From positions 160,001 through 224,000 of the forward strand of contig CBDHDF010000011.1 of the NCBI GenBank assembly GCA_965261545.1: DNA of 64,000 nucleotides, written 5' to 3'. Source of the stretch: Bdellovibrionales bacterium. Its GTDB lineage: Bacteria; Bdellovibrionota; Bdellovibrionia; Bdellovibrionales; UBA1609. Each line of letters opens with the position of its first letter. Positions within the stretch are counted from its first letter, which is position 1. The position numbers and the translations under genes are program-made. Shown one piece after another: positions 21,335 to 31,226 of the stretch. The notes beneath the pieces were generated by a model. It was not told the origin of the DNA. It worked only from the letters and a program-made list of their open reading frames with translations, and searched no databases.

Positions 21335-21912
21335 AAAATGCCTGTGCTGGATACAAATTATAACCAATGCCGTTCGGTTAATTGGTGTGATCCAATACTT
21401 TATTTTGACGGACTTTTCATGGGTTCCTTTGACCTCGAAGCAATTTTTATGATTTTATCCTGACTGAGTTTAAGTTGTTGAGAGTGATATTTTGATTAGC
21501 AAGGTGTGTCGAGGTGAAGTGAGTGAAAAAAGGATGACTGATTCTCTCTGTTTGGTTTGCTCTCCCGCCTGGTGGCTCAAGAAATTAAGAGCACTTGAGA
21601 TTTCCAAGTTCTCTTGGGAGGATAATTTCGCTGTATTTGATTTGATGGATTATTTTTGGAAGCCTAGTTCCTGGCATTTAAAGCAGGAGATCCTCCCACA
21701 GGTGGTGGCTACTTGCTTGAATCGAACGCAACATCCTGTTGCGGATCTTTCAGTCTCGGGCTCCTGCCCTCGCCCCTCAGCCCCAGGGGGCTTTCGGGTA
21801 CGACTGAAAGATTCTTAGTCTCGATTCCACATTGAGAGGAGATTGAGAGGAGCCTCCTATCCAGTGGGACTTTATTTGGCCCCTCAGGGAGAATAACTAC
21901 CGACCATGTAGT

Positions 21913-22159
21913 TTAAATAAGTTCTGTGGCGGCTTGGCGAACATGTTCTTCTGTAATTTGTTCTTCAGAAGCTTTCATACATGCAATCAATGAACCTCTG
22001 GCAATCAAATTGGCTTTTCTTAGCAAGCCTCCAGAGCCCTGCCAAATGGCTGTGACAGCATTATCTGTCATGAGTTTATTCTTGATTCCAGAGATTTTAA
22101 GGTGATGATCTAGATAATTTCTCATATTTTCTTCATTAAGAGCTGGTAGGTGAGCGTGG
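21913..22159 (-). pseudogene. C-terminal fragment of an ExeA-like AAA ATPase (type found in transposons)
   Basis: YLDHHLKISG...AIWQGSGGLLRKANLIA pattern; truncated at a C-type end at 22160. Confidence 0.6.
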
Positions 22160-22166
22160 TGTTAGG

Positions 22167-22915
22167 CGCCAATGCTATTCAAATGATAGGTAGTTTTGAG
22201 AGTAATAGCATAACTCTCTACGATAGGCTTTATTTATCTACAGAGATTATTAAGGCCCATGCTCAAGCCAGTAACTTCTTTATTGCGCGTTGTAAGCGAG
22301 GCTCTACTTTTATCCCCATTGTAAATTTATTTAATGGTCCAGGTTGGTATTCACGAATGGTTATTGAGGGGGTGGTCATTCATCTCTATAAGTATAAAAA
22401 CCCAAAGACTGGGGAGTTCTCTGTTTTGGCCACTAATCTTCCGCATGGCTCCTTGGACAAGAAGGATATGGTTGCTCTTTACTCTCGTCGTTGGGAAATA
22501 GAAACGACATTCCGTGATTTTACATCGACAATGAAAATGGAGCAGTGGCACTCAACAAGCCTTAATGGAATATTGCAAGAGCTGTATTCTTATTTTTGGC
22601 TCTTCAATTATACAAAGATTCAAATGAGCATAAATGAGGATGAAGACAGTGTGAATCAGTTGGTAAAAAATGACTACAAAAAACCTAACTTTAAACTGAT
22701 TCTTGATTTCATAATGGATAGCATCCCTCTTTTTGTTGCGGGGCTCTATCAGAAATTTAGGAAGCAGATAAAGTTGCTGATGAAGATTTCAATGGAGAAG
22801 AGGAGGCACTTCAAAAGAAGCTATGAAAGGTCTATCAAAAGGGATGGGAGTTCTTTTAAAAGAAATAGCTTAACGCAGAGGCAGAGGGGTGTGGTGGCTT
22901 AAGGAAACGGCATTG
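22167..22915 (+). mobile_element. IS4 element B, 3' fragment
   Basis: Matches the 3' half of B and ends in CTTAAGGAAACGGCATTG. Confidence 0.88.
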
Positions 22916-23993
22916 CCCTTTGGATAGTTCAGATAGTTCAATAAGGAACAACAATTTAAAAATGAAGCACAACTATTTACATAAGATAGACTGGCTGGAT
23001 GGGGAGAAAGTTCGGCCTTATGTATTTTTTCGTCAAGGAAACGAAGTGAAAGACCCTGGAAGTCGCTTTCATTGTGACTGGTTTCCCTTTGAACCCATGG
23101 GTTTGGATTCTCTAAAGATAAGTAGCCTTGATTTCTCCGAACATATTCTCAATATGGAGCATAGAGCCTTTCGTAGCTCTCAAATGCCCATACCCCGGTG
23201 GGCCTTTTATGATTGTGCATTGATGCCGGGTTTTGTTTCGGGCTTTGCCCATAGAACCTCTATGTTATCCAAGGAATGGATAGAAGCCTTGGGAAATCGT
23301 TCTCAGATTGAGTGGACTCCCATTTCTCTTTTTATCATTATCCCCACCATGGGTGAGGGAGAGTGGATGGCTCATAATCTTTGCTCTATGAATACTTTGA
23401 TAAAGAAAGAAAGCCGTTACTATGGGTTGGGATTTTTAACCAAGGCTTTTGGTCTTTGGTATGCCAATGTTGAAACCTGTTGTGGTGTGACTCAGTGGAC
23501 TAGCCCCGCTCTTCGTCTCCATGCCCACTATGGAGATGGAAATTTTATCATCTTACACTCTAGTTCACGATTACGCTCATACCTTGTTAGGCGCCAATTA
23601 AAATTGGCCATTTTTAGAAGCCGTCGCCAATGAAAAACGGCCAGTTGATGATGTACTGATTTAGTTATTCTTCGTTCAGAGTTTAGTCAAGTGTCTTTAT
23701 TTTGCTCATCATTTAACTCGGACTATGCCACAAGATTCTGAGGAATGATTTTCTGCCCACCACTTTTGGCATGACCCCAAATGCATCCTTCAGCCCTATG
23801 GCAGAGGTAAATGGAGTATTTTTCAGGATTCCTTGGCGCAGCTAATGTCTAAAGCTCCGCGAGAGTGACGAGCAAATAGTACGGTAAAAGCCAGTTATCC
23901 ATAAATTTATCCATGGCGACACTGCGGCTGTGACCCCGATGTCTAGCAACGCAGTGCTGCTGTGGATAAATTTTGTGGATAACTGGCGAGTTC

Positions 23994-25892
23994 CCTGAAA
24001 TCCCTAAAAGTTGTAACTAGGTGTAGGACTTAAGTCCTGATTATTGTCTGAGAAGGCCTTCACTTTGATTAAGAGATTGTCATCTCTTCAAAAGCATAGT
24101 TACAATATTAACGATGTCATACACTTTTGAGCAAAAAAATAAGGGAAAAACCTATGTCTATAAAGTTGAAAGCTTTTGGGACAAGGAAAAAAAGCAGGCC
24201 AGGCAAAAACGCATCTACCTTGGAAGAAAGGATGAGTTTACAGGTCAAATTAAGACCAAAAGAAAAAAGATTCCCATAGGCTCCTATAATGTGGGAGCCT
24301 TATTTTTCTTAGAGAAAATATGCGAACAACTAAATCTTCTAAAAACATTGTCTAAAATTTATCCAGATAATTACGAACATTATTTGCATTTAGCTTTTTT
24401 TAAAATAATCAAAAGAGAGCCCTTTTATCTTTACGATATGTGGTGTCAAGAAGCTTATGTTTCAAAGAAAAATTTTATGTCGTCACAAAAAATAAGCAAT
24501 CTCTTATGTGATCTTGGGAGAGATCAAAAAAAGATAGAATCTTTCTTTAGCGAATGGATAAATCAAGTGAAGGGTTCTGGTACGGTAATGTTTGACATCA
24601 CATCCTTTTCTTCCTACTCTATGAATAATGAATTTTTAGAGAAAGGTTACAACAGAGATGGAGAGAATCTCGAACAAATAAACTTAGGTCTGATAAGTAG
24701 GAAATCTGAAGACAATAAAACTCATACGCCTATAGCGTACAGAATCTATCCTGGAAGTATACCGGATGTCAAAACTTTATCGAATATTATTGAGATCATA
24801 ACAAGTTATAAATTAGATTTAGATTGTTTAGTTATGGATAAGGGTTTTTCTAGTGTAGAAAATATTAAGGGACTGCATCGTAAGGAATTGAAGTATTTGA
24901 TACCCATGAGTTTTAGAACAAAACTCTCAAGAGAGCTTGCTGTGGCTTTAAATGAGAAAATAAAATCTCCATCATGCTCTTTTACTTTTAATGAGGAAAT
25001 TTATTCGCATTGCAAAGAATCAATAAAAATCGGAGGATTTGATTGTACGGCTCATATTTTCTTAGACAAAGAAAGAAGGGTTTATGAGGAATCTGTGTTA
25101 ATGAAAGAGTTGCTTGATTTTATGAAACTCTTTCTTGAGAAAGATTTGAAATCAGAAGAACAAGCTAGTTCCTATATGAAAGAAACTTTAGGAAATAAAA
25201 AAAGGTTTCTCAATATCTCTGATTGCACTCCATTTAAGATTTCTTTAAATGAAGAAAATATTAATGAAGAATCTTCTACGCTGGGTATTATGATATTAAT
25301 TACAAATAGTCATGATTTAAAGAAAACAAATATATTGAGTTTATATCGAAACAAAGATATCATTGAGAAAGTATTTTTCTCATTCAAGCATGATATTAAT
25401 GGAAGGAGAAGTCGAGTTCATTCTCTCATGAATATGAGGGGAAGCATCTTTATTAATTTTCTCTCTTTAATTTTAATTTCACATATTGATACTGTTATGA
25501 AAGATAAGAAGTTATATAAAAAAATGTCTAAAATAGAAATTTACAAAATGATGGACCGATTAAAATTTTATGAATTAGCTACAGGTGATCTGATGCTTGG
25601 AGAGCTGTCTAAAAAACAAAAGGATATTTTTTCAGCCTTCCAAATAGATGGGCTTCCCAAGACAAAATGATGTTTTTTATCTGTTTCAAATGTGACGGTG
25701 GCTGTGGCTACCACTATGCCTCATCTATCCAATGGGGACGAAGAGGACCTTTCGCAGCAAATTCTTATGAATCATATTAAATATATTAATACTATTAAAC
25801 CTCTCAAACCGTTGACAGCAGCCAATTCCATAGGAAGAGAGGAAAGTTAACGCAATACATTAAACCTAGTTACAACTTTTAGGGATTTCAGG
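23994..25892 (+). mobile_element. IS1634-family element F (1899 bp)
   Basis: Perfect 29-bp IR CCTGAAATCCCTAAAAGTTGTAACTAGGT; 6-bp TSD GAGTTC. Confidence 0.9.
24114..25670 (+). CDS. IS1634-family transposase
   Basis: KGKTYVY...IYLG N-terminus; FDITS, GYNRD, QINLGL, MDKGF and YRNKDIIEKVF motifs. Confidence 0.9.
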   Translation: MSYTFEQKNKGKTYVYKVESFWDKEKKQARQKRIYLGRKDEFTGQIKTKRKKIPIGSYNVGALFFLEKICEQLNLLKTLSKIYPDNYEHYLHLAFFKIIKREPFYLYDMWCQEAYVSKKNFMSSQKISNLLCDLGRDQKKIESFFSEWINQVKGSGTVMFDITSFSSYSMNNEFLEKGYNRDGENLEQINLGLISRKSEDNKTHTPIAYRIYPGSIPDVKTLSNIIEIITSYKLDLDCLVMDKGFSSVENIKGLHRKELKYLIPMSFRTKLSRELAVALNEKIKSPSCSFTFNEEIYSHCKESIKIGGFDCTAHIFLDKERRVYEESVLMKELLDFMKLFLEKDLKSEEQASSYMKETLGNKKRFLNISDCTPFKISLNEENINEESSTLGIMILITNSHDLKKTNILSLYRNKDIIEKVFFSFKHDINGRRSRVHSLMNMRGSIFINFLSLILISHIDTVMKDKKLYKKMSKIEIYKMMDRLKFYELATGDLMLGELSKKQKDIFSAFQIDGLPKTK

Positions 25893-25919
25893 GAGTTCCT
25901 TCCCCAAAAGTGGGGATCT

Positions 25920-26702
25920 CTAATGAACTTCTTTGGTTGAACTTTCCTCTTTGCTCTGTTTAGACTTGGCTTTTGCCGATTCGGTTCTCCAACTTTCTTT
26001 TCCTTCAATGTTGAGGGTTTCACAGTTGTGAATGATTCGATCAACAGCAGCAGCGGTGGTAATAGGGTTAAGAAACACCTTATCCCATTCAGAGTATGTT
26101 AAGTTTGTAGTGATCATGAGACTTTTCCTTTCATATCGCTGAGATATGAATTGAAAGAAAAGATCTGCCCCCTCTGTGCAGGAAGCTGTATAGCCAAGTT
26201 CATCACAAGCAATAAGATCAAAACGGTCTAATTTCTTAAAAAGAGCATTCAATGAGAGTTCTTTCTTGCTTTCACGCATTGTTTCAATAAGTTCATGAGT
26301 GGTGACCCATAAACATCGATAGCCTTGTTCACAGAGTGAACGAACTAGGGACATGGCCAAATGACTTTTCCCCATTCCAAAGCTTCCGTAAAACACAACA
26401 TTACAGGCTTTTCTGACCCACTCTCCCTCTGCCATCCAATTAATTTGCTGAGCTGTCACTCCCGTTCTTTTCTGGAAGTTATAAGTTTGGAGTGATTTAA
26501 GTTGAGGAAGCTTGGCCCCCTTAAGCAATCTTTTCACTCTCTGGGAATGCTTGTCAGCAAGCTCATTTTGAACGAGTATACCTAAATACTGTTCATACGT
26601 CTTTTTTGTTTTTTCGGCAACTCTAGCCGTTGCAACATATTCATCCGCCATCGCTGGAAGTCGGAGTTTTTTAAGAGAACCTATAAGTTCTTCGTGATTC
26701 AT
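25920..26702 (-). CDS. istB: IS21 helper ATPase IstB
   Basis: Same protein as the other C copies. Confidence 0.93.
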   Translation of the reverse strand: MNHEELIGSLKKLRLPAMADEYVATARVAEKTKKTYEQYLGILVQNELADKHSQRVKRLLKGAKLPQLKSLQTYNFQKRTGVTAQQINWMAEGEWVRKACNVVFYGSFGMGKSHLAMSLVRSLCEQGYRCLWVTTHELIETMRESKKELSLNALFKKLDRFDLIACDELGYTASCTEGADLFFQFISQRYERKSLMITTNLTYSEWDKVFLNPITTAAAVDRIIHNCETLNIEGKESWRTESAKAKSKQSKEESSTKEVH

Positions 26703-28168
26703 TAAGAACCTCCTATGTTTGGAACAAGACTGTCATATTGAGACAATCTAGGTTGAAGTGGTTTTTGTTGGTCATTCAAATTAATTTTGGTGGGATTTCC
26801 TAAGAGCAAATCTTTTATGGATTTAAAGTCGAAAATCTCACGACTTTCTAATTGAAGCTCCATGGCTGTAGATAAGTCCTGCCAACTCACATGCTGAATC
26901 AAGTTGATAACTCTTAAATATTCATGCTCGGCACGGCTTGAATCTTGTTGCTTGAGGTATTGATAAAAATTTTCAAACACATTTGTTGGAAAAAGAATGG
27001 ATCGGTGAGCCCATCTTACCATGGCTTGCGGCTTACGAACTAAAGAGGGAAGGATATGTTCAAGAAGAAGACTATGCTCCCCATCAGGTTTTCTTTGATG
27101 GCGAGCGACAATTTCTTGCTTCCCTCCTGCACGATAGATCGTGACATGATAGGGACCCTGTACGGTTTTACAGGGAGCTTGGATCACCTCATCAGGTATG
27201 GAATATGTGGTTTTACCTATTCTCAAAGTCCCATAACCATTACTTTGACAAATATTCACCTTACAGAGAATATCTTCATCTCGTGGAGGCAAAGGCTTAA
27301 GAACTTTGGCCTCCTCCTCAAAGCGAGATTTGGTGGAGTCACTCTGATGCTGATCCATATAAGACTCTAAAAACTGATTCAAATGATCCCAGTCTTTAAA
27401 AACAATTCCTTTGTTTCTAACAATATTTTTTATCCGAGAACTGAAGGTTCGAATATCACGCTCCACATCTCCCTTGTCAGAGCCCTTCCCTGCGCGGCAG
27501 GGAAGAACCTTAAATCCATAGTATTGGATGGCTCGATCAAAAGATTGGGTGTAAATTCGCTGATTTCCTTTAAGAACTTTCTTCACACAGGGAGATAAAT
27601 TATCAATACGGATGTTCGCACTCATCCCACCTATCTTTTCAAAAAAAGCATGCACCCCATCGATGAAACACTCATAGACAAGAAAGGGGTAGGCACGAAC
27701 CCAACAGGTGCCACTACAAGGCAATGTTCCAAAATGGAGATGAACGATCTGAACACCATCGGCAAATGGTAAAGCAACCTTCTCCTTAAAATCAAACTGA
27801 GCCTGTTCTCCAGGATCATATCTTTGGCTGAAAAAACGCTCCTTGGGGCGAGAACCAAGAATCTCACAAACTCTTCTCTGAACCGTTCTCTCACTCCCAC
27901 GATAACCCTCCTCAACTAATAGCTCATATATTTCACGGGCGGTGTTACTTGGGTTCAACTTCAAAAAGTACTTCACCCGATCCATATATCCATTAAGGGG
28001 ATCTGGGCGAGTTCTTTTGGACCTCGCCTTGTACTTCGGTGGGGTGTTGGACTCACAGTACTTGCGCACCGTCTTACGATTGATCCCTAATTCACGAGAT
28101 ATTTCTGTCTTATTTTTACCACTGTGACTCAGGTCACGAATGCGGCCGAAAGTGTATTGACTAATCAT
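26702..28168 (-). CDS. istA: IS21 transposase IstA
   Basis: Intact copy; start set at MISQY. Confidence 0.92.
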   Translation of the reverse strand: MISQYTFGRIRDLSHSGKNKTEISRELGINRKTVRKYCESNTPPKYKARSKRTRPDPLNGYMDRVKYFLKLNPSNTAREIYELLVEEGYRGSERTVQRRVCEILGSRPKERFFSQRYDPGEQAQFDFKEKVALPFADGVQIVHLHFGTLPCSGTCWVRAYPFLVYECFIDGVHAFFEKIGGMSANIRIDNLSPCVKKVLKGNQRIYTQSFDRAIQYYGFKVLPCRAGKGSDKGDVERDIRTFSSRIKNIVRNKGIVFKDWDHLNQFLESYMDQHQSDSTKSRFEEEAKVLKPLPPRDEDILCKVNICQSNGYGTLRIGKTTYSIPDEVIQAPCKTVQGPYHVTIYRAGGKQEIVARHQRKPDGEHSLLLEHILPSLVRKPQAMVRWAHRSILFPTNVFENFYQYLKQQDSSRAEHEYLRVINLIQHVSWQDLSTAMELQLESREIFDFKSIKDLLLGNPTKINLNDQQKPLQPRLSQYDSLVPNIGGS

Positions 28169-29408
28169 AAGATCCTCCTCATTGCTAACCTTTTGAGTTG
28201 CAAGAGGGAGGGACTCTGTGAGCTTAGTATCTATATCAGAAGAAGAGACTTCATTGTCTAGTATTTGAACACTCCCTGAAGATTGGTCACTTTTCATTGG
28301 CGACAACCTCCATATTGAAAGTGGGACATTTTAATTGGCGACGGCTTTAAGGGAAGCCTGTCTTTAGAAAGAAATTCCATGAAAATTGAGGCAAATGTTG
28401 GAATCTTGTGGAATTTAAATACTTTAGAAAATGGGCACACCTAAACAGGCTTTTCTTGACTATATATTTAACCTCATTGAAATCCAGAAACAGTCTACAA
28501 ATGACAAATATGGAACCTGAATAGGCTGTCATGGAAGGACTCTCCAACACGGAGCCCCTTTCCAGGTCGACAAGAACCCAAAAGGAGTTCTTATCAGCTC
28601 GGAGCCTTTTTATGAGTAATATCAATTGATTATATGCGTCTCGGTTGACAATGCCAAAAATCACCATAGGTCCTCCTCTGAAAAGTGGCCACTTTTCATT
28701 GGCGACGGTGGGGCATTTTAATTGTCAGCTAACATACCTTGACTTATCGCTTGAAGGTGAATGCAAACTATTGGGAGTCTTTTTTTACTGGCCAATTTCA
28801 TTCAGGTTTTACCAGAAAGTATCATAAACAGAATTTTGATCTAAACCATCAATCAGCGTCGAGTTTGATGAATCTTCAAGAAAAGATTGAGATGGGTGAG
28901 GGGCCTTTTTATCTCCATGCTTCAGACATGAGTCGCCATAAATTGGAGGGAGCACTCCCCCTTTATCAAATGGCATGAAAAAAAGCCCTATTGTGATTGT
29001 TCAGGTTGTAATTTCTTCTTAGAAGTGGAATCGAATTTTTTGTGGAAAAGAAATTTGGAAGGTACAGCCTTCCAATTACCAGTGTTTAGAGAAATTCTAT
29101 AGTCAGTAGGACATCCACCACGGCCTGTTCCTGCCACACGGTACAGCAAAGCCATCGCAAGATGAAATCTAGGACCCTGAAAATAATGAATTTCAATACT
29201 TTTATTTTCAGAAGGTGCAAATACATAAGGCTGAGAGGTACAGCGCCACCTCGGAGAATGAAGAGAGTCATCTTGGAGAATAGTCTTTCCGTCGAGAATA
29301 ACTCTCATTCCATCGTCAGAGACCATGGCAAACTCATAGGACTTTGATTTTGATCCATTGTTGGGCATAATAAATCCTGAAATACGCAATGAGAACCACT
29401 CATAGAGT

Positions 29409-30825
29409 CAATGCCGTTTCCTTAAGAAAAATCTCTTGAAATTATTAGATAAATCGACAAGAATAAGACTTGTTTTATTTTACACCCAACCCTCAACCAA
29501 GGAGTAAGTCACATGCAATCCAATATTGATCTCGAAAGCCCCCAAATGACGAGTTCGCGTCACAGATGACCATTTTATTCTACCAAAACTTGATTCTTCC
29601 TTCAAGCCAGAGCACCTTGTCGATCCAGAAAAACAAAAAAGGAATCGAAAATTTAATCCTCAAATTTTCTTTTTTACTATTATCTATCTTATTTCCGGAA
29701 CAAATTACGAAGGCTACCAAATCGCTCTTAAGACGGTATGGACTCATTTTGGTGACCTGCTTCTCATGCCAGTCAAAAGCAGTCTCAGCAAGATACGTCA
29801 AAGTATTTCTTACCTATTTTTTAAAAATATCTTTGAATCTCTGATTACAGACTACGAACCATTGAGAAAAACGTTTCATGGCTTTTATATCTATGCCATA
29901 GATGGCGACCAATTAGCACTTCCTCGCTCTAAAGATCTTTTAAAGGAGGGTTATTGTGGGTACCCTTGCCCAAATGAGATGGAAACTCATTTCTTACGTA
30001 TGTATCTATCTCATGCTTATGACGTTTTATCGGGTGTGACAAAGAATCTTTGCTTTTCTCCCGCTCTCAACGAAATCGCCAATGCTATTCAAATGATAGG
30101 TAGTTTTGAGAGTAATAGCATAACTCTCTACGATAGGCTTTATTTATCTACAGAGATTATTAAGGCCCATGCTCAAGCCAGTAACTTCTTTATTGCGCGT
30201 TGTAAGCGAGGCTCTACTTTTATCCCCATCGTAAATTTATTTAATGGCCCAGGTTGGTATTCACAAATGGTTATTGAGGGGGTGGTCATTCATCTCTATA
30301 AGTATAAAAACCCAAAGACTGGGGAGTTCTCTGTTTTGGCCACTAATCTTCCGCATGGCTCCTTGGACAAGAAGGATATGGTTGCTCTTTACTCTCGTCG
30401 TTGGGAAATAGAAACGACATTTCGTGATTTTACATCGACAATGAAAATGGAGCAGTGGCACTCAACAAGCCTTAATGGAATATTGCAAGAGCTGTATTCT
30501 TATTTTTGGCTCTTCAATTATACAAAGATTCAAATGAGCATAAATGAGGATGAAGACAGTGTGAATCAGTTGGTAAAAAATGACTACAAAAAACCTAACT
30601 TTAAACTGATTCTTGATTTCATAATGGATAGCATCCCCCTTTTTGTTGCGGGGCTCTATCAGAAATTTAGGAAGCAGATAAAGTTGCTGATGAAGATTTC
30701 AATGGAGAAGAGGAGGCACTTCAAAAGAAGCTATGAAAGGTCTATCAAAAGGGCTGGGAGTTCTTTTAAAAGAAATAGCTTAACGCAGAGGCAGAGGGGT
30801 GTGGTGGCTTAAGGAAACGGCATTG
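29409..30825 (+). mobile_element. IS4 element B, uninterrupted copy (1417 bp)
   Basis: 18-bp IRs; 11-bp TSD ACTCATAGAGT. Confidence 0.93.
29766..30812 (+). CDS. IS4-family transposase (frame open about 70 codons further upstream without a standard start)
   Basis: IDGD, YDRLY and YSRRWEIETTFR motifs. Confidence 0.85.
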   Translation: MPVKSSLSKIRQSISYLFFKNIFESLITDYEPLRKTFHGFYIYAIDGDQLALPRSKDLLKEGYCGYPCPNEMETHFLRMYLSHAYDVLSGVTKNLCFSPALNEIANAIQMIGSFESNSITLYDRLYLSTEIIKAHAQASNFFIARCKRGSTFIPIVNLFNGPGWYSQMVIEGVVIHLYKYKNPKTGEFSVLATNLPHGSLDKKDMVALYSRRWEIETTFRDFTSTMKMEQWHSTSLNGILQELYSYFWLFNYTKIQMSINEDEDSVNQLVKNDYKKPNFKLILDFIMDSIPLFVAGLYQKFRKQIKLLMKISMEKRRHFKRSYERSIKRAGSSFKRNSLTQRQRGVVA

Positions 30826-31226
30826 ACTCATAGAGTGTATCACCATTTAGGTCTTTAATAAGGGTTCCATCATTGGTTTGAAATCCGTCTTCAAAATATA
30901 GAAAAGGGGTATTGACTTGATTCAAATGGATAAGAGTTGGAATTCTCGTGCCATGTTTCAAATAGCCATCGAGTTTCTTATTATATTTGGTTTGAGAAGA
31001 ATTCAGGTAATATATATATCCAGCAAGTCCGTTGGATGAAGTGGAGCATTGTGAATTTTTAAATGGATTACAGATAATTTCCACGGTGTTTACGTTCCAA
31101 GAATGACTTTTTTTGCTGGTATCGCCATTGTTATCAACAGCTACGACATGAAAACTATGTGTTCCAACACGAAGATTTGTTAGAGTTTCTGAGTGGGATG
31201 CTTGGCAGCTCCTAGGCTCTTCGTCA

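Larger units (their letters stand above)
23585..28734 (-). mobile_element. IS21 element C copy 3 (contains IS1634 element F)
   Basis: C ends; 5-bp TSD TACCT. Confidence 0.92.
22962..28978 (+). pseudogene. Host hypothetical gene, frameshifted near 23540 and split by C copy 3
   Basis: The frame EILSSYTLVHDYAHT continues across the TSD into LTYRLKVN (28739-28978). Confidence 0.7.
28988..31226 (-). pseudogene. PA14-domain surface protein, split by B and 5'-truncated by E
   Basis: Rejoined frame ...GTHSFHVVAVD...GDTLYE|WFSLRISG...YEFAMVSDDGMRV...IEIHYFQGPRFHLA (PA14 SDDG motif). Confidence 0.75.

Noticed and set aside
22150..22902. 250-aa complete transposase
   Set aside because: Fusion ORF created by the deletion junction; lacks the first catalytic Asp region.
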